Assembly: GCA_051294375.1 (NCBI GenBank)
Contig: CM119263.1
Location: 30,674,258-30,738,257 of the forward strand
Source: Paraspadella gotoi
Taxonomy: Eukaryota > Animalia > Chaetognatha
DNA length: 64,000 bases
Direction: 5' to 3'
Part shown: positions 24,139 through 36,926 of the stretch, one piece after another
Position numbering within the stretch: position 1 is the stretch's first letter
Layout: each line of letters opens with the position of its first letter
Translations under genes and position numbers: made by a program
The notes under the pieces: generated by a model
The model's input: the letters and a program-made list of their open reading frames with translations, nothing else
Told to the model about the DNA's origin: nothing
Database searches by the model: none

Positions 24139-26342
24139 TGCTTGGATTTCCTCCTCTGAGGGTTTGTGGTGGAAGATTGTCGTGGCGGGGATGTTATCCT
24201 TTCTTATTTTTCTGAGAAGAGGTTTTTCCCCGGATAAATCCGCTTGGACTGGCTCAGCAGTGGTTTTGGTTTCTAGACCCAGCTCAACTTTTGCTTCGTT
24301 TTTGATGAGCGGTCGAGCAAAGCCCCAGGTTCCAGGTTGAGCATCTATTTCTACTCCTTCCCGTAGTTGGTCGCCGTCGACAATGAATGCTTTGTCATCA
24401 TCCAGAGATTCAATAATCCATCTTGAGCCAGCGAGGGTTTTCCAGTAAGGCCTACTGGACGTGAGCCTGGTGATTCCATCAGAGTTACCCCGGGTTCCGT
24501 GGTTGGCACTGGATAAGAAGAAGTTTCCTCAATTCCAAGTTTGCCTCAAAAGCTAACCATCTTGGCGCTTTCAGGGCCATCCGTGTTTATCCACCGAAAG
24601 GTGAGTGGACTGGTTTTCCAGCCCCATTGATTGCAATTTGCAGTCGTTTTTTTTTTGGTTCGGAGGGTTTGCGAACCACAAGGGAAGGTTTGATGGTTTT
24701 TTTTCAAAACAAGATGGGCAGAGCCTGGGATTTGTTATTAGCGGTAACCAATGATAATGAGTCCTGAATCATTTTTCATCAGCCGAAATGTTTAGAAAAA
24801 CAGTTTTTAAAGACCCATTTTGAAACATGAACTCTTAAGTCAATTCTATTCAGTCAGCGTAAATAGTGCCATGTTGCACTGTTGAGCAAGTCGAATGGCG
24901 ATCCGTGATATATCCTGTTGTTTAGGGACCATAATTGTACAGGCGGACCAACCACAAACTTCTTATGTGCGGACGGGCCTTATTCAACCCTTTTCCGACA
25001 CGGGCCTTTTTTTCCGCCTACATCGGCCCCCACCTGCCAAGTTCATTAACTCATCGTCTGTCTCTCGTACACACTAAAATCCAGTCGTAAACGCTATTTT
25101 AAAAACTGAAATGAGAACATCGAATCTCACATTAATTGTAAAGGTCTCTTCTCTCTCTCTCTCTTCTTCTCCTCTCTCTCTATCTCTTTCGCTGACAATT
25201 CATCACTACCTCATCTCATCTCCAGAAAAATCGAACAAACACATGTTTGATGATGGAGAAACAGGAAATTGGGCCACTACGCTTCTCTCCGAATTCTTAT
25301 CGGCGATCCGACGAAGAAACTTCGTTCTTTAAAACCTGTTTTATTTTTTTTTACTTATTTTTTTTTCTTTCCCTTATTCGTTTTTTTCTTTTAATTTCTT
25401 ATTGCCTATTTTTTTTCTCACCTTTTTATTTTTTCTTCATATCGCTTCTCTTTAAACATCAATTTTTTTCATGGCAGCGTGAAAAAAACTTTTTAGATTT
25501 ATCAAATGTCAAATAACTAAATGGTTATAATCGTACTTCAGAAAATAATTTGTGCCTACAGTGTTGATATTTTAATTTTAACTTAACTATGGCAGATCAA
25601 TCAAATTAACTGATCTATATTATATTATTATTAATTTAATTATTATATTAATTATTATTAATTAATTATTATTAATTTATTAACTTCACTGTATGTAATT
25701 TGAGTATAATTCATTTATTAGATATTATGTGATTATAAAATCATTATTTTCTGCAGAGTTAACATTTATCACACAAAATAAGGAGCGAAGGTAAGGCTCT
25801 TTTCCTCTCTCCGTGCACGTTCTATAAGCGCAACAGACTAGGTCATCTGAAGAAAATAGAAGCGCTCTCTTCGCGTCCCCCCTTTCTTGCGCAGTCGACG
25901 TCGTTTGTTATGTCCCTCATTTGCTCTATGCTGGGTGGTCTCAGTCATCTTCTCCACGATGTGTTTCCTTTTCTCAACTCTTCTCTCCTCCTTGTCTTCT
26001 CCCTCTCTCTCGTCTCGTCCGTCTGTTAGGCTAAGCTATTTTAGCTGAAAACACGGTATTGCCCCGCGTTGGTTTTGATTTAGAAAATATTTCTGGTTGT
26101 TTTGCGCAGCACATCTAACCACTATCCAAGCTCTCAGAGCCAGATAAATCTACTAGACCGCTGTAACTCGGGCATTACTGATGGTGCCCTCTCTCGCGGT
26201 GAGACTATAGCAGATTTGCCTTTTAGAAATGCTTTGCCCCTGCTACTATTGTGTATGTGGTTTCCCTTGTATCCGTGCCCGGTAATTTGCGGACGGCTGG
26301 GACCTTCGCTTTCTATTGTCGGGGTTTTTTTCTGTTATTTGT

Positions 26343-26727
26343 TTATCTCGTAGGGAGAGGTGGTGGGAGGTGGAAAAAGGGCGAGGGTGGATTCCTTCGT
26401 TGGTAATTCTCTTGGTGACAGACGGGGAGTTGTTTCAACAAGCGATTTTGGTGTTGGGAGAATCCTTCTTGGAGCAGCGCTCTTTCGGCTCTTTCTGCTC
26501 TGCGTGCGAGTTTAGCGCAGGCTCTCGACCTGGAGATTTCTGCCGCTCTTCTTCGCCCGTATCGGCTTTGACCCAATCCTTCCAGCCCAGTTTGTGAAGA
26601 AATTTATTCGTGAGGGCAATCTCCTTTGCGTCGAGCGTTTGAGGAGCTTGTGTAACCGCGTTGCTGTAGACTTGCCTCGGAGTCTATGAGCTGTTTCGGC
26701 GAGGGCTTTGACCTTTTCTTTGTTCAT
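26343..26727 (-). pseudogene. Extra basic ORF between gag and pol (frameshifted, unknown product)
   Basis: Overlapping ORFs 26512-26727 and 26343-26576, Arg/Lys-rich, in GC-rich element sequence, own ATG after the gag stop. Confidence 0.4.
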
Positions 26728-26847
26728 TGGCTGATGCCAGCAGTTGTTACCTTCATAACTTTGTTACCGAAAGATTGGTAATTGTCCTTTAACTTTCTCT
26801 GTTGTAACTCGTTTCCAGATTTACGTATTACGCAGTTATAATAGTAA

Positions 26848-27960
26848 CTATTTCATATTGTCATTCAAGTTCGTCAGAGAATCAATTGCAAGATTATCCG
26901 ATAAGTTTATGAGTCTCGACGATCTACCAAAGCTGGGGCCTTTTTCTCTTGTTTTGTCACGCCAGTTGGATTTTTGTTTTTTTTTCCAGTCACGGTTTTT
27001 ATTCCCGTTTTTCCTGTGTAGGTATGATCCGGGTTGCATCGTTCCGGGCATCGTCAAGCCGGTCGTCACGACGCTCAAAACGGTGATCCAGTTGATGGCG
27101 CGGCCAGGTCTTCCAATCTCCTTCTTGAGCTCTCTCATCATTAGCTCATATAATTTATCTTTACGTAAGGTTACCAAGGCTCGACGAGCATTTGGCTACA
27201 TAACAGGAATGGAGGCCCTGTCCTTCTCCCTGACGGTTTCAAAGTTCTCCTTTGCCCGGCGTTTACGAGGGCGAGGCCGTACTTGGCATGGACGTGAGGG
27301 TCCACCTCGATTTTTGCCATCGGCAAGACTTCTGCGATGCTGACAGATGAGCCTTCGCAATAGCGCACATGATTGGTTTAATCGTTTGATAAACCTGCTC
27401 GCGATTTGTCGCGAGCGGAGGAGGGCACGGAGCTGCTGATCGACGCATATTGGTTACCGGAGAATCTTTGAAGGCTGCGTAGAAGCTCCGCAGGAATTGT
27501 TCGGGGTCTCGTCATCTCTCCTCTTCTCCAGTTTGATGGGTTGGTTGGAGGTGTAGGAAGGGGGTCGCTACGACCACCTTTCTGGCGGGGCGTCATCTGT
27601 GGGTGGTTGGGTGGGTGGTAGTCCGCATGTACGGATTTTGGGATGGTTGTTGTTGTTGATCTTGAAAGTCACGATTTTCTTTCGTCCATGTCGCGTGTTT
27701 CCTATCATCATTTGATGAAAGTTCTCCAATTTTGGATCCAACTTGAACCTCGGTTTGTCCGAGACGATGATTTATCAGGTTTTGCTTTTCATCAAGGTCG
27801 TTGATTAACTTTTTGACAGTTTGTTGTTGTTTTTAGGTTGTTGTCGTTTATCAACCTGAGAATTTGACGAACGCATTCAGCTTGTTTTGTCTCTTTTCTT
27901 GCATTGGTCGCGAAGAGCTCCTGACACTTCAAAGGTGTGGAATCGAGCTTGCGGTCAATG
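26848..27960 (-). pseudogene. gag: gag-like ORF1 (multiple frameshifts)
   Basis: Directly follows the PBS; chain of overlapping - strand ORFs with coiled-coil-like start, Pro-rich linker and basic C-terminus; no CCHC seen. Confidence 0.55.
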
Positions 27961-28017
27961 CTACCGCCTTCGCTTATCGTGGAGCTTCTTGTTTATTATT
28001 TCTTGAGTCGTGGTTAG

Positions 28018-28037
28018 TCGAATCCACTCCTGTCACA
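28018..28037 (-). promoter_or_regulatory. Primer binding site, tRNA-Leu-like
   Basis: TGTGACAGGAGTGGATTCGA equals TGGTGACAGGAGTGGGATTCGA with two G-run contractions; 2 nt after the 5' LTR. Confidence 0.8.
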
Positions 28038-28039
28038 GA

Positions 28040-28373
28040 CATTTAAGTAAGTAGACAGGGATTTCAACATGAAACCAAAGTGGATATTTATTTCAATAAG
28101 AACAAGCGCAAGACGGTGTCAGATTTGAGACAGAGTGAATCAAAGCAGAAACAGAGGCTATTTATAATGGGCAAGTAGACGAAGCCAGATTCCTCTTCCG
28201 GAATCCTCCTCTTCCTCTTCTGGAACCTTCTTTTCCTCTTCCGGAAACTATTGTTCCTTTTCTGGATTTGGCTTCCAAAATCCCGTTCAGAATCATTCCA
28301 GAATCTTCTTCCTCTTCCGGAATCCTCTTCCTTAATCCTTTCCTCTGTTTCCGGGTTTCATTCATATGTGATG
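28040..28373 (-). repeat. 5' LTR (termini CAT...ATG)
   Basis: 334 bp, near identical to 18821-19154. Confidence 0.95.
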
Positions 28374-28377
28374 ATGA

Positions 28378-29028
28378 TGAAGAAACAATAATTATTGTTA
28401 TGTGTTAGTGACAGAACCGTTCAATATATGCAGTCCCTGAGCTTCGGATCAGGCTGTAACACCATGTTACAGGCGGGTTAAGCGCCCTGTCCCTCTTAAC
28501 TGCTAGGCGGCCACTGGGCTAGAACCCGACCCTTGGGTTGGGAGGCGAATGACTTGCCTCCGCACCAATGGCCGCTGATGAACAGTTGGTGGATTTTAGT
28601 CCACCATACATCCCCCTCCCCTCCCATAGGAGAAGTCTGTTGCGTCTCTTCAGTGAATTGTTGTTGTTGGTGGAAAGTTCATCACCAAGTTGAGGCATGT
28701 CACCTGATGTGTTGTGGGCGGAAAGTGCATCACCAGGTTGAGGCATGTCGCCTGAAAGTGTTGTTGTTGCTGTTGTGTTCGGAAGTCGGGCTCACCAATG
28801 AAGAGACAGTAATTATTATTGTGTTAATGATAGAACCGTTCAATATAAGCATCCCTGAGCTTTGATCAGGCTGTAACACTGAGTTACAGGCGGGTTAAGC
28901 GCCCCGTCCCTCTTAACTGCTAGGCGGCCACCGGGCTAGAACCCCGGACCTTTGGGTTGGGAGGCGAATGACTTGCCTCCGGCACCAATGGCCGCTGATG
29001 AACGGTTGGTGGATTTTAGTCCACCATA
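28378..29028 (-). mobile_element. TRIM family A, full copy abutting the large LTR element
   Basis: Two LTRs, PBS and PPT as in the 12744 copy; flanks atga / atag. Confidence 0.9.
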
Positions 29029-29684
29029 ATAGTAATAATAATAGTAATAATGATAAAAATAATTATAGTAATAATGATAAAAATAATAATAGTATCATTA
29101 ATGATAAGAATAATAATAATTAGGAATGAGGGTAATTATGTCAAATTGTTTCTTTTATTGTTTTATCGTTTTATCTTTTTATCGACTTAACTGTCAAATT
29201 GTCTCTTTTATTTCAGAAAAAAAATTTTTTTTATCAACATTTTATGAGGAATTCGAATCTGCTTTAAAAACTAAGAAAAAATATTTTAAAATATGGACAT
29301 TTTCTATGGGCAGGTACCAGGCTGGCATTGAACAAAATAATTGATGGTAATAAGTTGATGATTTTACTCAATGAGCTATCGGAAATGCTGATTAATTGAT
29401 CGGTGAACTTCGGCAATAAGAGTTACATACAAATCAAAACTATTTTGTTAATTCCAAGAGCACCTTACTTCCTTATGAATTTATTGTTATAATATTACAA
29501 TAAACTGTAAAAAAGAGCACTTTTAATATCTTGAAAGAGGGCCAAGGTGTGGAGGGTTTAACACTTACCTGTCCTAAGTCAGGAGGCAGGTTAGCTTATT
29601 AATTGAGTGAAAGTAGTACATTTTTATATTACCTATTCTTATTTCATTGTTACAAAATTTTTAAAAGAACAAATTGAATTGGCG

Positions 29685-29721
29685 CTGAAGAAGACTCGTA
29701 TGTTAGTAGTCGAAACATGTC
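29685..29721 (+). ncRNA. Minimal hammerhead ribozyme (Penelope-type)
   Basis: ggcg-CTGAAGA-a-GACT-loop-AGTC-GAAAC-ATGTC-cgtt. Confidence 0.75.
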
Positions 29722-29796
29722 CGTTTTACTATGAAATAAAAATCGTTGTAAAATCTCTCTTTGTTCTAAATNNNNNNNNNNNNNNNNNNNNNNNNN

Positions 29797-30067
29797 CATG
29801 AGCATTGGTGTTAAATAGTGAATATATTTTTGTTTTTTCCATTTAAACTCATGTTCCACTCCGGACGATTCCATCGAACTTCATATCCCGCTCAATCACA
29901 CACTTACCTATCCACACACAAAATTTCATTAAATCGCCTATCCATTCCATCACGAGAATTGTATGTTTTTGCTAAGGTGGGACGGACGACGGACGGACGG
30001 ACGGACGGACGGACGGACGGACGCGGACGGACCGGACGGACGGACGGACGGAACGGACGAAACGGAC

Positions 30068-30101
<34 letters not shown>

Positions 30102-30245
30102 TCATTTTTTTTGCATAATTTATCATAATTCCGATGTTCTGACATGATATAAGTGTGTGCCCGACAAATATTGAGGGGGCCGACCGACGTACCGAAAAGT
30201 GAGTTATAAAAGTGAGTTATAGAGTCGGGATTGCTGATAAGCAGA
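29797..30245 (-). mobile_element. H1 HINE-like element 5' part with expanded (ggac)n
   Basis: Same sequence as 1230-1580; long gacg/ggac microsatellite. Confidence 0.75.
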
Positions 30246-30289
30246 CAAACCGACAGAAAAATCTTAAAAGCATAAGGATCGACCGCTTT

Positions 30290-30500
30290 CGATAGTAACC
30301 AAATATTGATGCGATGATAACCAAATATTGATGCGATGATAACCAAATATTGACGCGATGATAACCAATTATTATGCGATGATAACAAAATGACTGATGT
30401 GATGAATAATCAAATGATTGATGCGATGATAGTCATTTATTGATATGATGATAATCATTCATTGATACGATGATAGTCATTCATTGATGCGATTAGAATA
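30290..30500 (+). repeat. 22-bp tandem repeat (gatgcgatgataaccaaatatt)n
   Basis: About 9 progressively degenerate units. Confidence 0.8.
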
Positions 30501-30795
30501 ATCATTGTCGCGATGAATCATTCATCGTAATAAAACAAACAAATGCGTGTATGAGTGAAAGAGAGAGAGAGAGAGAGAGAGAGGCTGGACAGTTTTCCCG
30601 CCAACGAAACGCATTATTAGGTCTCTCTCGTTTATATAAAGAATAATCAGAATTTTTATATATTGTATTGAGAAAAAAGCGGGGAATAAATGGCGATAAT
30701 AAAAGTTTTTAGAAGGAAAAAAATAATCAGAATTTATCAAAAAACGAACGATCACGCAAGAGATCGTAAAGAGAGAAAGAGACAGAAAGAGAGAT

Positions 30796-30826
<31 letters not shown>

Positions 30827-30999
30827 AAGAAGCTGAACAGACGCTGCATTGCGGAACTCGTTTACTCGTCGCCAAATTAAAATATACTTTACTATATACT
30901 AATTTGATATTGCAGTAAGTCTATACTAATTAGCAAATTGCAGAATTATAATGAAGTGGAAATTCAAACAAAAAATACTTGAATCATATGAAACAAAGA

Positions 31000-31360
31000 A
31001 AATGGACACACATTTCAACTTCATCACTGCCTCACTAATGGAACTTGATAAATAGATACATTGTTTGGTAGTTAAACCATAAACCGGCAAAAATAGGCAG
31101 TAAAAAAATGATCGGCATATAGCATACAATCCGGCATATTCAATTTGTGAAAAAAAATTTAAGGTTTTTCGATCAACACATTGGACAGAGTATAAAAAGA
31201 TTTCCTCTGGCAATGTAAATCTGTATTAAATATGCTATTTGCTTATTATATATTTTTTCTTTAATAACAATCATGTTAGCGATGGAGAAAGCGTAAAATT
31301 TCTGACGTATGAGTATTTCTTCACTTTTTCTAAAATAAATCCACGAAATCTTTATGTAAA
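31000..31360 (-). pseudogene. Fragment of CNG-family channel (C-linker/CNBD start)
   Basis: LPEEIFLYSVQCVDRKTLNFFSQIEYAGLYAICRSFFYCLFLP resembles CNG LP..L...IF.DCEAGLL.EL..KL....YSP; upstream same-frame sequence contains stops. Confidence 0.5.
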
Positions 31361-31369
31361 TTTGGGATA

Positions 31370-32226
31370 ATGGTGATAATAAAAGTTTTTAGAAGGAAAA
31401 AAATAATCATAATTTTTCAAAAAACGAACGATCACGCAAGAAATCGTACACAAAGAGAGAGAGAGAGAGAGAGAAGACAGAGAGAGTCACAGAGAGAGAC
31501 TCACAGAGAGAGTCAGACAGAGAAACAAAGCTGGACAGCTGCTGGAAGGCCGCTGTACAGTCACTGCAGAGACTGAACTCGTTTTTTCTAAAAGAGAAAA
31601 TAATTTTAAGAAATAAAAGAAAGGCAAAAATATGTTACAATTGTTTACAATTGGAAATTTTTCCAATTTTTTCCAATCGCCAGCTTGTAAAAGATTTAAT
31701 TTATATTTGTATTAAATTATTAGATATAGCTTCTCATTAAAAAAATCCTTTGAGTTCCATTTTTATTAAAAATTTATACCAAATTTTTTGAATTTCATCT
31801 TCAATATTATAATACTGCAATATGTAAATTAGATTAAAGCATTTCTATATACTAATTTGGATATTATAATGAGTACTTTAATCTCATTTGCATATTGCAG
31901 TAAATCATAATGAAGTGGAAATTCAAACAAAAATACTTAAATCAAATGTAATATGAAAATATCACAGCTATTTCAAGATGAAAAGCCATATCTAAATTTT
32001 TAACTTACTATGATCGCACACTTTTGTAAAACTTTATCATAATTCATAATAATTTTTATTTAAAAAAAAAGGTAAGTCACAGCCAACCTTAAAAAGCGTA
32101 GTAGTTTTTATATATGAAAACAGCGTGACGGACGACGACGAGACGACGACGACGACTACGTCACAAGAAGCAACCCTAAAACATATAGAGCCTGACCCGG
32201 CTTCGCCGGTCAAGGCTCGATAAAAA
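31370..32226 (-). mobile_element. HINE-like family H2
   Basis: - strand 5' end tttttatcgagcc-ttgaccggcgaagccgggtca-ggctc hairpin, (gtc)n; inverted match to 39896-40760 and 61759-62125; partial copy at 30640-30990. Confidence 0.7.
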
Positions 32227-32265
32227 CACAAAGAACAAGTTTTAAATAATTGTCTAGTCAATTAG

Positions 32266-33404
32266 GTCCTGTTAGAAACGTCTGGTCAACAAGAAAACTT
32301 GATACAGAACTGTAACATTTTCAAAAGATTTATTACGAAACGGAAAATATTTCATCCGGCAAAAACATCCTTAAATTTTTTTTTAATTTTAATAACCCTA
32401 ATTCAGTTTTTTAGTTTAATTTGGTGTTCCCTTTGTCTCGGATTTTTAATGACAGTAGAAGAGCTTAAAAATTTATTAGGACTTAAAGATCATCAAAACC
32501 TAAATGGATTAATAACCTATTCATTCATTGCAGCTGCAATTTGTGCTGTAGCTCATTTTGTATCACAAGTCCACTGTGGTTATTACGAAAAAAAATCTGA
32601 CTCAGTAATAATGGATCCAGAGTTGATTTGGAAACATATGAAAAAACCTAAACAAATTTTCTTTTTGTTGTCATCAATTCAACCAATTGGAGTGGTATTC
32701 TTTTTAAACGATATTACAAGTTATAACATTAATCTTATTTTAATTTGGTGTCCAATTTTATTTCAATTTTATTCAATTATGAAGTATTACAATTCATCAA
32801 TAGCACCCTATTCAATATATTTGGCAATTAACAAATTATTATTAAAAACAATATTAATTGTTGTAATTTCACTTACAATTTTTACTATTTTTTGGATGTG
32901 TGGAACTTGCTTAGTAAATAAATGTAATATTTCTTGGATTGGCCTGATGCCTGATTCCCAAAAAGTAGTAACTATTCATGACTTTATAATAATGAGTTTT
33001 ATTGTTGTAGTTAATCTTGTCGGAAATATTGGCATACAATCAGTAATTCCTCAAAATAGTTTGGAAAGGTTTTTATGCAGTTTATTTATGTTGTTTGGAT
33101 ACTTAGTTGGAGCATATTTTAAAGGTTTTATTATATCAAAGTTTAATCAATTTTTCTTTAATCAGAATGAAAAAACACTAAAAATCAGAGGTTTTTTACA
33201 AATCTTAAAAAAAAATGGACTTGATAAAAAAGATATTGCGCAAATAAAAAATTATTTACAATATTCTTACTTTGGATTGGTTGAATTTTCAAAGTTTGAT
33301 ACTCTATTATTAAATTTACACAGTTTACTTTTTTCTAAAATAACTTATTCAATTACAAGCAAATTTCTAAATCGATTGTTTTTAGTTAAAGGATTGGATT
33401 CCAG
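32266..33404 (+). CDS. Exon of divergent CNG-family channel gene 2: S1-S6 and C-linker
   Basis: 369-aa ORF with pre-S1 IFHP, six hydrophobic segments, pore VGNIGIQSVIPQNSLERFL, C-linker IKNYLQY; donor ag|gtaaaa at 33405 (phase 2); 5' boundary tentative. Confidence 0.85.
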
Positions 33405-34388
33405 GTAAAAAGTTTGTCTCTATTACATTTTTAATGAATCGTGACTACCTGAACAAAATAGTGATGTTCAGTTAAGCATTAACAACATTGGCAAAATATT
33501 GGGTAATTTTCAGGGACGGATATTTAAAAACAAGTTTGAGCAAACCATGTCGGATCTGCCTACGATAATTAAGCGGTAATAAGCTAATCCGATCATAAAT
33601 CATGGTAATTTTTCTGACTCTCAATTTGTGATTATAACAAATCATAACTGACTTCTTAATAAATCTATGAAAAAATCTATAAATCAATTGATCTATCAAC
33701 TGATGTAATTTAGTCAAATGACGTAATTTGGTCAACTGGTATAATTTGGTTAACTTGATTAATTTGGTTAACTTGCTTAATTTGGTCAACTGACATAATT
33801 TGGTCAACTGACATAATTTGGCAACCCGCATAATTTGGTCAACTTGCATAATTCGATCAACTTGCATAATTTAATCAACTTCAATAATTTAATTAACTTG
33901 CATTATTTGGTCAACTGGCATAATTTGGTCAACAGGCATAATTTGGTCAACTGGCATAATTTTTTCAACCTGTATAATTTAGTCAACTTGCAAAATGTGG
34001 TAAACTGGCATAATTTGATCAACTGGCATAATTTGGTCAACTTGCATAATTTGGTAAATTGTTGTAATTTGGTCAACTGGCATAATTTGTTCAATTGCAA
34101 AATTTGGTCAACCGGCATAATTTGGTCAATTGGCATAATTTGGTCAATCAATCAAACAATCAGAGAGAGATAATGAGAAACTTTTAAAAATTGACATAAA
34201 TGTCTCTTTTGGTTTTTTGTTTTAAACTCTTTTCCACTCCTACGATTCCATCAAAAACTTATATCTAGCTTAATCTCATAGTTACCTACCCACACACAAA
34301 ATTTCATTTCAATTTGTCTATCCAATTTTTAATCAATATGATAATTATGAGTAAATATAAGTAAAAATGCTTCAAGTAAATATCACTT

Positions 34389-35035
34389 TGAAGAGACAGT
34401 AATTATTTTTATGTGTTAGTAACAGAACCGTTCAATGTAAGCAGTCCCTGAGCTTCGGATCAGGCTGTAACACCGAGTTACAGGCGGGCTAAGCGCCCCG
34501 TCCCTCTTAACTGCTAGGCGGCCACCGGGCTAGAAACCCGGACCTTTGGGTTGAGAGGCGAATGACTTGCCTCCGGCACCAATGGCCGCTGATGAACGGT
34601 TGGTGGATTTTAGTCCACCATACATCCCCCCCTCCCGTAGGGAGAAGTCTGTTGCGTCTCTTCAGTGAATTGTTGGTGGAAAATGCGTCGCCAAGTTGAG
34701 GCATGCCGCCTGATGTGTTGTTGTTGGAAAGTGCATCGCCAGATTGAGGCCTGTCGCCTGAAAGTGTTGTTGCTGTTGTGTTCGAAAGTCGGGCTCACCA
34801 ATGAAGAGACAGTAATTATTTTTATGTGTTAGTAACAGAACCGTTCAATGTAAGCAGTCCCTGAGCTTCGGATCAGGCTGTAACACCGAGTTACAGGCGG
34901 GTTAAGCGCCCCGTCCCTCTTAACTGCTAGGCGGCCACCGGGCTAGAACCCCGGACCTTTGGGTTGGGAGGCGAATGACTTGCCTCTGGCACCAATGGCC
35001 GCTGATGAACGGTTGGTGGATTTTAGTCCACCATA
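34389..35035 (-). mobile_element. TRIM family A, full copy
   Basis: Two LTRs, PBS, PPT; 4-bp TSD actt. Confidence 0.9.
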
Positions 35036-35714
35036 ACTTTTGTTTTTTTCCGTTTAAACTCATTTCCACTTGAACGATTATTAGCGGTAATTAATTAATA
35101 AATTAATAATATTAATTAATAAATTAATTAATTTGATCCGAAATTATAGAGCCGGAAACTGCTGTAAGTAGATCCATCTAAAAAACGTTATTAATACAAT
35201 GAGATCTAAGAACACGCTAGGTATATTTATAGCTAATGAGAGGATCAGCGACACGGGCAGATTTTTTTATTCTATCTAGCTTACATTTTTATTGGTCTGA
35301 TGAAATACCTCGGCAACCAAACAGGATATTCTGATTATATTCTCCTGGAGATCGCCGGATCTTCTAATCCGTTTACGGTTGAAAAAATTTATAATTTTAG
35401 ACATAAAATATCAGAGAAATTAAGCCTTTAAGCCTATTCTTGCTAAGTTGATTAATTAATTGATTAATTAATTAATGGAGCTCGTATTTACATTTAATAT
35501 AAAACGAAAAAACTAATTAGTGAAACCAATAATTGTTTTTTCTATTAAAAATTATTTCCACTCGGACGATTTCATCGAAACTTCATTTCAAGCTCAATCT
35601 CACACTTTTCTTCTCACATACAAAATTTTAGGTCAGATCCATTCCTGTGTAAATGGCGTTCAAAGCTAAGGGGGGACGGACGGACAGATAGGCAGATGGA
35701 TGGACCGACATTGA

Positions 35715-35830
35715 TTTTTAGCTGCGCCGCGACTACTCGCGGAGTAACTCTATAAGTAACATTTCGGTCGGTCTGTCGGTCGGTCGGTCTGTCCCACTTA
35801 AAAATGCATATCATTTCATTATAGTTAGTT
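35715..35830 (+). mobile_element. HINE-like family H3 5' fragment
   Basis: tttttagctgcgccgcgactactcgcggagtaactctata + (gtcg/gtct)n; inverted match at 7278-7309. Confidence 0.55.
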
Positions 35831-36926
35831 GCTCATTTGTTAAGATAGAAACAAGTTTGAGAAAATAATGTCGAATATTTTCACGATCATTAGCGGTAAT
35901 TAATTAATTAATTATTACAAACTATATAAACTAAAATAATAATTTAATTAATAAATTAATTAATTTGATCCAAAATGTTTGTTTTAAGGTCTTTTTATCA
36001 CTGACCATGCCAAAAGCAACGACAACAATATTGGCGACGATGACAATATAACGATTGACTTGATTGATTGATTAATTAATTAATTTATAAATAAATTGAT
36101 TGATAGAATAATTTATTAATAGATAACTAAATAAATTGATTGATTGATCAATTGCCCCGTCCACTCATGAGTAATTGGCCTTCAAATAGTGAAATATATT
36201 TTTTTGGTTTGTTCCACCTAAACTTATTTCCACTTTCCTGATTCCATCGAAACTTTATATCCAACTCAATCACTCACTTTCCTACCCACACACATAATTT
36301 CATTCTAATTCATCCCTCCAATCACGAGTAATTGGAGTTTAATGCTACGGGGGGACGGACTGACAGACGGATGGATGGACATCATTTTTTTTGCATAATT
36401 TATCATAATTCGAGTTTCTGATATGATAAAGATGATTTACTGACAAGATTTTGGGGTGGGACCATGGACCGACAAAGTGAATTATAGAGTCGGAATCTGC
36501 TGATAAGCAGATCCAACAAAAAAACCTTTAATATAAGGGACTGCTAGCGCCGCCTTCAGGAAATCCTAAAACTATAAGAAATTAAAGACGGAATTTTGAT
36601 GCAGTGCAAGTCAAAAATACATAGGCTAAGAAAGTTATTGTAATCATGTATTCATTTTATGTCACATTATGTCATGACATGTCACAAGAAATACACGTGA
36701 TAAGGTAGTCACTTAGGCGCAACACATTTGAATTACCTTTCTTGTTTTGCATATTTTTTTATAATTCAATATTCTTAGATTATATAAGTCAAGATTGAAT
36801 TATAGAGCCGGAATCTGCTGTAAGTAGATCTGGCTAATAACCAATGATAACATCAAGAATGAAAATAACTTATAAAAATTTTTTTATTGTATATAACTTA
36901 TAATATTTAAATTTGAATTCTTATAG

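Larger units (their letters stand above)
18821..28373 (-). mobile_element. Gypsy-type LTR retroelement, near full length, with env-like remnant
   Basis: Two 334-bp LTRs with about 5 differences; PBS, PPT; RT-RNaseH-integrase order; GC content far above flanks. Confidence 0.95.
33529..36523 (-). mobile_element. Cluster of H1 HINE-like elements filling an intron of gene 2
   Basis: Family 3' termini at 33529 and ~35850, 5' hairpins near 35150-35185 and 36487-36523, 18-bp satellite 33700-34147. Confidence 0.7.

Noticed and set aside
24420-25080. Expected aspartic protease region of pol
   Set aside because: Sequence appears garbled and no intact D[ST]G motif could be read; neither presence nor absence is claimed
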